From a virus, in IMG/VR virus record IMGVR_UViG_3300045988_097954, positions 1 through 64,000 of that record: a DNA stretch of 64,000 nt; one strand, 5' to 3'. Below, in pieces: positions 7,995 to 18,200 of this stretch. The position numbers were made by a program, and so were the translations under genes. Position 1 is the first letter of the stretch. Each line of letters begins with the position of its first letter. Below the pieces are notes generated by a model that saw nothing but the letters and a program-made list of their open reading frames with translations, was not told the origin of the DNA and ran no database searches.

Positions 7995-9280
7995 GTTTGA
8001 AGCAAAAGATATTAGCATGGATGAGTGCCCTCGTTACACGAGATACGGTTGCAAACATAAGTCAGACATGGTTTGGACGTTGGGGTCGCACCTCTCGTAG
8101 AAACACAGAGATGAAACTTAGTGTTGATGCTCTACGTAATATGGCGAGGACACCGATTGCTCGGTCAGCCATCAATCAGATTAGAGAGGGCGTTCTCGCA
8201 CTCCCATGGGAGGTTGTATCCGTTGATGGCAATGAAAATAAAAAAGCTATTCGACTTGTCAAAAACATTATCAACCAACCTAATCCAGTCGATGACTACT
8301 ATGACTTTATGGGAAAATTATTCGAAGACTTAATCGTTTTAGATATTGCGTTTTTCGAACAAAAAGTTGTCAAGCGAGACAGACCTTTGTATTTATTCCC
8401 TATTGATGCTCAAACGATTGAAGTCGCAACGAATTGGACAGGCGATTTAAACCAGCCACGATACTTGCAAAAAGTCAATGGCTTACAAGAGTGGTATAAA
8501 TGTGACAAAATCGCAATGTTACAACGAACGAAGTTGACTTATGATGAGTTCGGTTATTCACCATTAGAACAAGCATATCGACATATAATGTACTTACAAG
8601 AGGTACAAGCATATGCAAACGATATATCTTCTAATGCCATGCCGAAGTACTTAATCAACCTTGGTGATAAGGCATCTCAAGAAGAAATCGAAAAAGTTCG
8701 AGTATATATTGAGAATGAAATCCAAGGTCAATCTGCTGTTGCAATCGTTGGTACTACGACATTAGATGCAAAACAAGTATCTCCGATTGGTGACGAGTCA
8801 GCATCCTTGAATTGGCAAAAGCTATTGTTACAAATTATTGCTACATGCTTTAATATTCCACCAGAACGACTTGGGGTTGCTATCTCAAATGACCGTTCGA
8901 CATCATCTGAAAAAGACAATGAGATGTTGGAATACACAATTAAACCATGGGCGAAGATATTCGAACGTGCTTTCAACAAGTATGTAATCGATAGACTTGG
9001 CTATAGTGGCAAAATCGAGTTTCGTTTTGTGTTTACTCCTACGAAGGCACAACAAGCGGATGCTGTAGAACGTGTTCGTAAGTTGGTTGATGGAAATATT
9101 ATCACAATTAACGAAGCAAGACAAGAACTCAATGGTGTTCTTGGGATTGGTCTTTCCGATATTCCATCAGGAGATAAACTCTTGAGTGAATATAATACAT
9201 CTCTGAGTGGTAATGAAGATACCACCCCTTCAACCACAACAGAGAAATCTACGGAGAAAGGAGAGAAAACAGATGAATAA
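7991..9280 (+). CDS. portal protein
   Basis: About 430-aa ORF after terL with an ATGA overlap. Size, position and acidic C-terminus fit a portal protein. Confidence 0.8.
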   Translation: MSLKQKILAWMSALVTRDTVANISQTWFGRWGRTSRRNTEMKLSVDALRNMARTPIARSAINQIREGVLALPWEVVSVDGNENKKAIRLVKNIINQPNPVDDYYDFMGKLFEDLIVLDIAFFEQKVVKRDRPLYLFPIDAQTIEVATNWTGDLNQPRYLQKVNGLQEWYKCDKIAMLQRTKLTYDEFGYSPLEQAYRHIMYLQEVQAYANDISSNAMPKYLINLGDKASQEEIEKVRVYIENEIQGQSAVAIVGTTTLDAKQVSPIGDESASLNWQKLLLQIIATCFNIPPERLGVAISNDRSTSSEKDNEMLEYTIKPWAKIFERAFNKYVIDRLGYSGKIEFRFVFTPTKAQQADAVERVRKLVDGNIITINEARQELNGVLGIGLSDIPSGDKLLSEYNTSLSGNEDTTPSTTTEKSTEKGEKTDE

Positions 9281-10181
9281 GCGTAAAGTTTCCTTACAAG
9301 CTAGTGCAATTAGTGTTGTTTTAGATAATTCACATCCCAATGCAATGCGATTTACTGGCACATGTATGTTCTTGAATACTCCATCTGACTACACACCTGG
9401 TGGTATTAACAAACCTGTGTTATTGACATCGGAAGAAGCAGAAAAAAGTGCATCAACAATGAACCTCATGGGTATTAACTGTGATTATGAAACATGGATG
9501 TTCCCTGATGAAGTAATGATGGCTCACGACCGTCGCAATAAGATTGGCGTTGTTGAAAAATGCTGGGTTGATGGTGATGAGTTAAAATTTACAGGCATTA
9601 TGTATAAGAACGATTTCCCAGATATTGCCGAATTCATTAAAAAAACAGTAGACTCCCTTGGGTTCTCCGTGGAAGCAATGTTCAATATTAATGAACATGA
9701 CGACTACATTGAAGCAAAAGACGTTGAATTTACTGGGGTTGCAATCTTGTTTAAAGATGCAGCCGCATATCAAAATACGTATATCGCAGAAATTGCCGCT
9801 AAGGCGAAAGGAAAACAACTAATGGAAAAACAAGAAATTCAAAACCTTATTGAAGAAACAATCAAGGCTCAATTAGAAGCTAATGCTAAGGCTGAACAAG
9901 AAAAAGCAGAAGCACAAGAATTGGCAGATGCAAAAGCAGAAGTTGAACGCTTGACTGCTGAATGTTCCGCAAAAGACGAAGCAATCGCTGAAAAAGACGC
10001 TAAGATTGCAGAGCTTGAAAAAGCGGTTGAAACAAAAGATGCTGAAATCGAAGCAAGTAAAACAGAAGAAACCGTAGTTTCCGATGTTGCTAATTTGGAA
10101 ACAAAAGCGAAAATGGATGCAAGCAAAAAAGCTGTAGCACCGAAATCTTTCGCTGATGTTGTACGTTCCGCAATGAAATAA
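9273..10181 (+). CDS. prohead protease / scaffold fusion (candidate)
   Basis: The N-terminal part has an HK97-protease-like pattern (MAHDRRNKIGVV..DGDELKFTG..GFSVEA). The C-terminus is an Ala/Glu/Lys coiled coil. The ATG at 9273 has a GGAGAG SD. Confidence 0.55.
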   Translation: MNKRKVSLQASAISVVLDNSHPNAMRFTGTCMFLNTPSDYTPGGINKPVLLTSEEAEKSASTMNLMGINCDYETWMFPDEVMMAHDRRNKIGVVEKCWVDGDELKFTGIMYKNDFPDIAEFIKKTVDSLGFSVEAMFNINEHDDYIEAKDVEFTGVAILFKDAAAYQNTYIAEIAAKAKGKQLMEKQEIQNLIEETIKAQLEANAKAEQEKAEAQELADAKAEVERLTAECSAKDEAIAEKDAKIAELEKAVETKDAEIEASKTEETVVSDVANLETKAKMDASKKAVAPKSFADVVRSAMK

Positions 10182-10231
10182 TCATCGATATCTTTTATTA
10201 ATTCATTATCAATTACAGGAGAAACAAACTA

Positions 10232-11248
10232 ATGGCAGTAACAAAAACTGGTTTCATGAGTGCAGCCGCTGTTGCGGACTATAATCAATCTCACTACTTA
10301 GAACTTCCAAAGTTCCAATCTGAAATTCTTGACTTGTTAAATCGTCAAGTAACAATCCGTGACCGTATTAAATCTGTAATGGCAACAGGTCATCCATCTC
10401 GTTACTTCGAACAAACAAAACTTGCTCACAACGCTAAGTTCGTAAACGCACGTACAGGCGACTCTGGCAAGTTTGGTGGTGTAACCGATGAAGACTACGG
10501 TCGTGTAGAACGTGCGTTGTTCATCAAAGCGATTACAAGCGGTATTAAATACTCTTTGTTTGACCAAGATGTTGTAAAACAACAAGGTGATGCATTGGCT
10601 GAACAACTTTTGAACAAAGACATGGCTGATATGCTTGTTGATGTATACAAAACTTCTAACAAAGCGATTTGGACTGGTGCAGCAACTGAAGTCGATGACT
10701 CTACATCTCTTGAATACTGTGGCTTGGCTACACAAATTACTGATGCAGTATCTGTAGCTAACCCTTACAGCTTTGCAACAGGCACAGGCGAATTCGTAAC
10801 TGATGCTATTAGAACTAAAATGGCTCAAAACTTGGCTAATACAGATTTCATTGGTCGTCCAACTGCAATCTATGCAAACCCAATGACTATTGACTACATT
10901 AGCCGTTCTGAATTAAAGCGTCCTGGTGTTGCATTGAACCAAGATGCACAACAAGTTGACTTGGGTAACGGCTTTATTGTGAATACAATCCGTACACAAG
11001 CAGGTTTCTTACCATTGATTCCTGATAACTATATCCCATTCGATGCTGGTACTAAGAAACATACATTGTATGTTGTAAACGAAGACTTAATCGAACGTCA
11101 TTGGATTGGTGATTCCGAAGCTCGTGTTTACAAAATGGGTCTTAACCAAGGCTTATTAGACGAATATGTTGCAGTATTATTTGATGCTGTTGTTGCTAAG
11201 GGTACTTCTGCTGGTGCTCACTTCAAAGTTGAATTCATAGAAGCATAA
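10232..11248 (+). CDS. major capsid protein (HK97-fold type)
   Basis: 338-aa ORF after the scaffold with an ACAGGAG SD. Assigned by position and size. Confidence 0.8.
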   Translation: MAVTKTGFMSAAAVADYNQSHYLELPKFQSEILDLLNRQVTIRDRIKSVMATGHPSRYFEQTKLAHNAKFVNARTGDSGKFGGVTDEDYGRVERALFIKAITSGIKYSLFDQDVVKQQGDALAEQLLNKDMADMLVDVYKTSNKAIWTGAATEVDDSTSLEYCGLATQITDAVSVANPYSFATGTGEFVTDAIRTKMAQNLANTDFIGRPTAIYANPMTIDYISRSELKRPGVALNQDAQQVDLGNGFIVNTIRTQAGFLPLIPDNYIPFDAGTKKHTLYVVNEDLIERHWIGDSEARVYKMGLNQGLLDEYVAVLFDAVVAKGTSAGAHFKVEFIEA

Positions 11249-11266
11249 TTCAAACGATTAATCACA

Positions 11267-11286
11267 GGGGTGTCTAATGACACCCC
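11267..11286 (+). promoter_or_regulatory. stem-loop downstream of the capsid gene
   Basis: 8-bp stem GGGGTGTC/GACACCCC with a 4-nt loop and no T-run. Possible attenuator or mRNA stabiliser. Confidence 0.4.
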
Positions 11287-11312
11287 AATGTCTTAACCGA
11301 ATGGAGAAACAC

Positions 11313-11522
11313 ATGTTAGTAACTTTAAAGAATACGGATGCGAAACGCATTTATCTCTGTGGTCGAATCATTGATTCTGAAAACGGTCGTTTTGAGGTCA
11401 CAGAAGAAGAATATGCGTTAAACGAATCCATTTTAGAGCCTGTGGATAAAAAAGCAGGAAAAGTGGTAAAACCACTTGAAAAAACCGAAGAAGATGTAAA
11501 AGACGAAAAACCGTCCAAATAG
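11313..11522 (+). CDS. hypothetical head-associated protein
   Basis: ORF with a GGAG SD before the ATG at 11313. Start uncertain; the track gives 11277. Confidence 0.55.
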   Translation: MLVTLKNTDAKRIYLCGRIIDSENGRFEVTEEEYALNESILEPVDKKAGKVVKPLEKTEEDVKDEKPSK

Positions 11523-11531
11523 GAGTCAACT

Positions 11532-12104
11532 ATGTCGATGTATTTAGAACCATTTGAGATGGAAGAATATGGTGCAATTATCCCATTTGATGAAACTCAT
11601 GTTAAATTCGCATCGACAATGATTGATGCTTACATTGGAACAAACAATGGGAAATCCAAATTTACATCTAACACGACAACCGAAGTAATCAAGCCAACAC
11701 GCAAAGGATTGTTGATACTAAAGAATGACCCTGTGATAGACATTGTTTCTATACAAGGGGTAACAACAAGAGATGTGCATGAAGACGGAGTTGAGATTGA
11801 ACCATATTTATATGACTTCGATGGCAGCAAATATGTGTATTTATCAAACAATTCCGCCAATATGACATACTCTAAGATATTCTTACGAAACGCAAGATAT
11901 TATAAAGTCACATACAAATACGGATTCGATGAAATCCCAGAAGAAGTTAAAACGGCGTGTGCTATGCTTGCGATGAATATCTCTCAAGTATCAACATTTA
12001 CTGCATTGGATTCCATGACTACTTTGGATGCTAGATTTTCCCTTGCTGACCCTAATCTATTTACCAATGAGATTAAGTCTCTACTGTCTCGCTATAGATT
12101 TTAA
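11532..12104 (+). CDS. head-tail connector/adaptor (positional)
   Basis: 190-aa ORF in the canonical position after the capsid gene. Confidence 0.5.
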   Translation: MSMYLEPFEMEEYGAIIPFDETHVKFASTMIDAYIGTNNGKSKFTSNTTTEVIKPTRKGLLILKNDPVIDIVSIQGVTTRDVHEDGVEIEPYLYDFDGSKYVYLSNNSANMTYSKIFLRNARYYKVTYKYGFDEIPEEVKTACAMLAMNISQVSTFTALDSMTTLDARFSLADPNLFTNEIKSLLSRYRF

Positions 12105-12116
12105 ACGGAGGTATGT

Positions 12117-12704
12117 ATGAATCCAAAATATACACCAAAGTTTGATTGTACACGTATGTTCGCATCGTGGCGTGAGATAATAACCTGTATAGGCAAGAAA
12201 CCAGAATATGTACTATTTACTAGAATTGGTCGTGGTACAAAGCGTTTTCTTGTGAACAATGTCAGATGGGGAAGTCTAATGTCAGATTCTTCGCTAGAAA
12301 GTGGAGATATCTGTCAGCGGTCAAACGGAGATACGCTGTTTTTGGTCGCTAAAACAAACTCATTCAACGGTGATAAGGGTGAGTTTTATACAACAAACAC
12401 TACAGTAAATCTTTATAAAGTTTCAAATCAGTTAGATGAATACGGCAATACAGCTGGCACATCCGTTGAGAAGACTGCGGAGAACATCAAATGTGTATAC
12501 GAAGATGTATCCGCAAAAATGCATTTGTTTGATTATGGTTTGTTACCAACTACAACCAAGCGTTTTATCCTGCCAAAAGATACTAAAGTGGCACTACTTG
12601 ATAGAATCGAAAGCAATGGACAGTTGTTACAAATTGATGTAATTAACAAGTTTGACTTCGCTCCATTCTTGTATGTGCAATGCTCACCAGATGAGCGTGG
12701 ATAG
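12117..12704 (+). CDS. head-tail joining protein (positional)
   Basis: 195-aa ORF with a GGAGG SD. Confidence 0.45.
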   Translation: MNPKYTPKFDCTRMFASWREIITCIGKKPEYVLFTRIGRGTKRFLVNNVRWGSLMSDSSLESGDICQRSNGDTLFLVAKTNSFNGDKGEFYTTNTTVNLYKVSNQLDEYGNTAGTSVEKTAENIKCVYEDVSAKMHLFDYGLLPTTTKRFILPKDTKVALLDRIESNGQLLQIDVINKFDFAPFLYVQCSPDERG

Positions 12705-12706
12705 CC

Positions 12707-13300
12707 ATGGAAACGATACAAGATGTTGTCTCGAAAGTTGTCAAAGACCATTTAGATGTTCTCATGGAGCGTATCCGACAACAATGGAACGCTACTGATA
12801 AGGGCATCTATACTCGTCATGAGGTAATCTTACGAAGATATACACCAAGCAAAAACATGGTTAGACTTGGGTTAGACTTTCAGGGTCTTGGTGCATTTAT
12901 CCTTGAGTATGGCTCAGGGTCACTTATGGTGACTAATACGAGTGCAGAAATTGGTGAAATGGGCAACCCCTCTTTACCTGAGTACATTGGTTCGACTTGG
13001 TATAATGACGACAGAGCGGCAAACGGTAATGCAATCATGGGTCGCAAAAAAGGTGATGTTATACATTCACCAACCGAGGGTGTCGAAGATACAAAATCCT
13101 CTGGTAAGCTATATGGGAAAAATCTTGAACAACCCATTAAAAACTCAAAGCTAAAGCCATTAGAACCCCAAGAACCACTACATATTGTGGAAGAACAGGT
13201 TTTTTACTGGTGTATAGAACTTGAGGAAGCAATTAACGATGCTGTTTCTGATTGGCTAGATGACCAAATATCGAGCTGTTTTAAAGGAGCAAACGCATGA
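12707..13300 (+). CDS. structural protein (positional)
   Basis: 197-aa ORF, tightly packed with its neighbours. Confidence 0.45.
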   Translation: METIQDVVSKVVKDHLDVLMERIRQQWNATDKGIYTRHEVILRRYTPSKNMVRLGLDFQGLGAFILEYGSGSLMVTNTSAEIGEMGNPSLPEYIGSTWYNDDRAANGNAIMGRKKGDVIHSPTEGVEDTKSSGKLYGKNLEQPIKNSKLKPLEPQEPLHIVEEQVFYWCIELEEAINDAVSDWLDDQISSCFKGANA

Positions 13301-13716
13301 AGTATACGGTACAACTATTAGACGAACTATGGGATATATTCCGCAAGGATGAAACCATGGCACGTCTTCTCAAGGTATCAGACCCCAATAATCTCGCTGA
13401 GTGGAATACAAAGATGAGACGTGGATTGGCTGGTGCTGACCTAGTTGACGAGAAACAAGAGATTTACTTTGTTATGTCATTTATACCATCTGTTGGTGAA
13501 ACTAAAAATTGGATGGTAAATAAGAATTTGCTTGAGTTTCGCATTATTGGGCGAAGCAACAATCGTAAACTCGTGAATGACTTATATATTCACTTAAATA
13601 AACTTTTAAAGGGGCATTATGAAGATATGTCAGTATATGCCGAGGGTTCATTCTCTACTGGTACTGCTGGTTTAATCGGTTATATGTTCCGTGTTCGACC
13701 ATTTACTTGGTCTTAA
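13297..13716 (+). CDS. tail completion/terminator-like protein (positional)
   Basis: 139-aa ORF that overlaps the previous stop. Confidence 0.45.
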   Translation: MKYTVQLLDELWDIFRKDETMARLLKVSDPNNLAEWNTKMRRGLAGADLVDEKQEIYFVMSFIPSVGETKNWMVNKNLLEFRIIGRSNNRKLVNDLYIHLNKLLKGHYEDMSVYAEGSFSTGTAGLIGYMFRVRPFTWS

Positions 13717-13744
13717 TTACATCTTATTACAGGAGAAATACTTA

Positions 13745-14542
13745 ATGGCTACACAAACAGGCAAAAACTTTGTATTGAATGGTGTTGGTGAAGCATGGGC
13801 AAAACGTGTCGTAAACGGCAAAGTTGAAGCATACAAACTTGGCACTCTTCAAACAATGAAATTATCTTTCAGTTCTTCTGATGAAAAAGTGTATGGTTCT
13901 GATGCACTTCCACCAATCTATATCTTGAATAAAGAATCTTCTGTTTCTGCATCTTTTACAGAAGCACGTTTCAATCTTGACTACTTAGGCGTAACATCTG
14001 GTGCTGAAATTGATAACAAAGGTACTTTAATCTTTAGCGTTGAACCTACGTTGATTGCTACTGGTACTGCTTTCCAAGTTCCTGATGTAACTAATGTTGT
14101 ACCAGAGGACACTATTGTTGTTCTTGCAGATGACGTGCAAATGGAAAACAACCGAGAAACTTTGGCATATGTCAAAGCATCTCCATCCGCAGGTCAATTC
14201 ACAATTGATGCAAGCGGTCAAATCACTTTGGGTGCATCTGTAACAAACAAATACATTGAAGTCTCTGGCTTGCGTACCGATACAACTTCTCGCCGTGCAA
14301 CAATGAAGGCAACAAGCGTGCCACAATTCGTTGAAATTCGTCACGTTTCTAACCCTGTTGATATGGGCGATGGCAAAAAAGTTGTTCTCCATACACATAT
14401 CTTCCGTGCTCGTGCTACTGGCAAAATGGATATCGACCATGAACGTCAAAAAGCATCTGCTCCTCAATTGGAGTTTGAAGTAATGTATGACACAACTCGT
14501 ACAGACGGTAAAATCTTGGAGATTACTCAAGAAATTAAATAA
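13745..14542 (+). CDS. major tail (tube) protein
   Basis: ACAGGAG SD before the ATG at 13745. 265-aa ORF directly upstream of the chaperone/TMP pair. Confidence 0.7.
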   Translation: MATQTGKNFVLNGVGEAWAKRVVNGKVEAYKLGTLQTMKLSFSSSDEKVYGSDALPPIYILNKESSVSASFTEARFNLDYLGVTSGAEIDNKGTLIFSVEPTLIATGTAFQVPDVTNVVPEDTIVVLADDVQMENNRETLAYVKASPSAGQFTIDASGQITLGASVTNKYIEVSGLRTDTTSRRATMKATSVPQFVEIRHVSNPVDMGDGKKVVLHTHIFRARATGKMDIDHERQKASAPQLEFEVMYDTTRTDGKILEITQEIK

Positions 14543-14595
14543 TGAATGTGGGGCATCTTTGGATGCCCCTTATTTTTTATATATGGAGATTTAAC

Positions 14596-14988
14596 ATGGC
14601 AGACACATTAATTCCAAAAAGTAAGTATGTTCAGCTTGGGGGCAAAGAATATCAAATTTATCCGATGATTTTGGGTGATTATGCAAAAGTGGAACGATTG
14701 TTGTCAAAGATTAACGACCAATACTTATATTTGAATTTACCAACACCAATCACAAAAGATGATGGTTCATTCGAGCTCGATAAGAATGGTAAGGTGAAAT
14801 ATGACTATGTGGCGTTCAATGCCATGTGTGAATTATTTGAGTTGGCACTACACATTCCACGCAAAGAAGTAATGAATGTGGTTGACCTTGAGAGTGGTAT
14901 CGAGATATTAGATGAATACATGTGTATCTCAGGTTTAAAAAAAAAGATACTACAGGGGATTCAACAGATAGCGGACTCGACAATGTAA
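14596..14988 (+). CDS. tail assembly chaperone (G-like)
   Basis: ATG at 14596 after a GGAG SD. Lies upstream of the tape measure and contains a slippery A9 run. Confidence 0.75.
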   Translation: MADTLIPKSKYVQLGGKEYQIYPMILGDYAKVERLLSKINDQYLYLNLPTPITKDDGSFELDKNGKVKYDYVAFNAMCELFELALHIPRKEVMNVVDLESGIEILDEYMCISGLKKKILQGIQQIADSTM

Positions 14989-15188
14989 TCGCATCCCTTG
15001 TCCAACACACCAGCGAAACAAAAGCAAGTCTAATGCAATATACATTACCTGAGCTTGAGGGTTTATCTAATGCATTAAACGAAAACAATAAAATGGACGA
15101 TTCTACAGAGAATTCTTTCGTTGATTCTAATTCTGTAACTGGTGCGGATGCCATTAGAGGTCTTTTGAGTTCAGATTATGCAGAGTAA
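14596..15188 (+). CDS. tail assembly chaperone -1 frameshift product (GT-like)
   Basis: In GGT TTA AAA AAA AAG, the A run at 14937-14945 allows a -1 slip into the 14922..15188 frame (KKKDTTGDS...). Confidence 0.65.
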
Positions 15189-15201
15189 ATGGAGAAAATA
15201 A

Positions 15202-18200
15202 ATGGCTGATAAAAAGTTTGGATATGACATAAAGGTCAATTATAATAATATCCAAGATGACACACAAAAAGTCATCCGTGGTATCCAAGAGTTAGACAAA
15301 GCGATTGGTCGTCTCAAGAATGTTAAAGACATCTCGATTAATGTCAAAGCTGGTGGAGACCAATTTAAGAAATTAACCGAATATGCCGCACAACTGGATA
15401 AAAATCTAAAGACCGCATCCGTAAGTGGTGCAAACCTTAGCCAATCCTTGGGTCAAGTAACCTCACAGTTTAAAAACGTGCGTGATATGACTCGTGGTGT
15501 TTCCAAAGAAGTTACCGATGCATCACGTAATATTGAAAAACTTGGACAATCATTGCAACGGTCTGTATCCACGGCAAAAGAACAATCGCTATCAGGTCAG
15601 TTGTCTGCTCTAAAGAGACAAGCCGAAGAAAACTATAGACAAAACTTTAGTAAAAACCCAATTCTTTATAGTCAAAATATGTCTAACATTAACAGACAAA
15701 TGCAAGAAATCTATCGTGCACAACGAGCAATTAATCAAGCGACTAGAGAACAATTACCACTATTAAAACAATGGGGTATTGATACTGAAAACGTAGGTCA
15801 TCGTTTAGGGTATTTGGCAACAAGAATGGTGGCATCTTACGCTTTAAATACGGCATTGCAAGGTTTTACTCAATTAAAAGATGTTGAGAAAGATATGGCT
15901 GGTTTTGCTCAAGTTATGAAACATGGCACAGGAGCAACCAATGCTTTTGCTCGTAGCTTGATTGAAGTCAATCCAAGAGATATGATTAATGGTCTTCAAC
16001 TTACTGGTGAAGAAGCAACACATTTTAAGCACGAGCTTGATGATATGCAAGGCAAATTACAGTCATTGGCTATAAAATATGGCACAACAAGTCATGAAAT
16101 GATTGAGTCAGCAAAGTTATGGGGTCGTGCATATAAAGATAACAATACCGTACTTGCATTGACTGATGCAGCAACTAAATTGGCTGTTGCCGATGCGTTT
16201 GATATTGTATCTGCTAACAAAGCACTTGAATCCTCAATCATGCAATGGGGTTTCCAAATTAACAATGCTAATGATGCTATGAGTGTTTCAAACCGTATTA
16301 TTGACTCATGGACATCTCTGGCTCACAACTATACGGTATCTGCTCAAACATTGTCCGAAGCCAATAAGCGGATGGCTCAATCTGCCGCAGAAGTTGGTGT
16401 CGGATTCCATTCCGCTCAAGCATTAATCTCTGTAATGGCTCGTAAAACTCAAGCAGATGGTGGTGAAATTGGTAACGCCTTAAAGTCAATCTTTGGTTCC
16501 ATTCACTCGAAGAAAGCTATTAAAGAATTACAGGACTTTGGTATTGAAGTTTATAAGGTTGGAGAAAACGGAGAAAAATCGTTCCGTAAGGTTGATGATG
16601 TCTTGTTAGACCTTATGATTAAGGCTCAAGACTCCAAAGAATCTATGGAAGACTTATTAAAGGCAATCTCTGGTGGTAAATGGCAATGGAATAAAGCCGA
16701 TGCTATGCTTGATTTACAAGAGTACTTAGAAGCATTACGCCTAAGCTCTTCTGCCATGGGATTTACCAATGCTCAAGTTGGGATGCAACTCGATACAATT
16801 CAAACAAAATTAAAATCTATTGCAGCTCAATGGGAAAAAGTTATGACTGGCACAGGAAACATTTCTTGGCTGATTAAAGGTATTCTTGATGGTGTTCTTG
16901 AGTTATTACAATGGCTTGATAAACTACCGAAGAGTGCATTTATGCTTGGTTTGGCTATGACTGCTTTAATCATGATACATCGTAACTTTGGTAATGTATT
17001 CCGTCTACTAAAAACAAGCGTTGTCTCTGGTTGGCAACAAATGACATTATCTGCTGAAAAATACGCAAGAGCCGCACGAATTGCCAATGCATCTACTGGT
17101 GGTCTTCGTGGCAAGGTCGCCAGTGTTGGTGGTGTATTTACTGGTGCTGGTCGTGCGATTGGTTCTGCGACTGCCTTTATGGGTGGCTGGGTTGGTATCG
17201 CCTTAGTTGCAACTGATGTAGCATTCTCCATGTATGAAGCCTATAGATTCTCAAATGAAGCGATTGAGAAGTCTGTTGAGACAAATTCTAAGATGTTGCA
17301 ACAACATCAAGAGCTCCACGCACGACTTAGTGAATCTCAACAAATTGTATCTCAATTTATTCTTGCATATGATTCCCTTAATAAAAAAATGGTTGACTAC
17401 AAGGCTAATGGTCAAGATGTATCTCAAATTGAAAATCAAATGCAAATCGCAAAAGAAGGTCTTGTGGAAATCCTTGGTGAAGAAAACACAAATTGGGTAC
17501 TCAACGCATCAACTGTAGAAGAAGCTAATGACCGTGCTAAAACTGCTATTAACCAAAAGAAAACTCAACTTGAGGACTCTATCCAAGCAGAAAAACTGGC
17601 GTTGATTGACTCTGCAAAATCTGTAAGACAACAAGCCAAAGATAACCTTGCAAGTCTTCGTGAGGAGAAAAAAGGTTGGGGCGACCGTGTAATGGTAATG
17701 TATCATTTTGCTGATGCCATTGGTGTCGCAAAAGAAGCATACTACGGTTTGATGGAGTTGTTAAACAAACAACGTCTTAGCGATGCACTCAAGAATTCTG
17801 CGGCAATGGGTGAAGCATTACATGACATGAGGGTAGCAAAGAAAGAAGCTGCCGAACGTGGTGCAAGTCAAGCTGAACTTGATGATTTCGATGCAAAAAT
17901 TGCTCGTGCTTATGAAGGCATGCAAAACGCCGAAAAAGAAGTATATGATGCAAACTATAACTATACTTACTATAAAGACGAATATGCAAAACATATCGAG
18001 TCTATTGCTGCAAAAATTGTTGCAGATGAACAACGCCAGTTAGCAGACATTAATGAAAATGCATACGGCAACGGTCATGGCAACCCAGGCACAATCGGTG
18101 GTGGCACTACTGGTGATTATGCACGAGATGAATTACCTGAGGGTGCTGATGCTGGTAAAAAGAAAAAAGGTTCTAAGTCTAAAAAAGAAAAGAATCCTTT

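Noticed and set aside
9207-9272. The longer N-terminal extension of the protease/scaffold ORF. The same applies to the track's upstream starts at 13691, 14542, 26052, 34365, 35450, 38787, 40412, 40965, 47994, 49023, 52107, 52735, 53173, 53611, 55637, 59371, 60024 and 62917.
   Set aside because: The upstream portions overlap the preceding gene or promoter DNA and lack an SD. In each case an internal ATG (or a TTG at 52140) sits at proper distance from an AGGAG-type SD.
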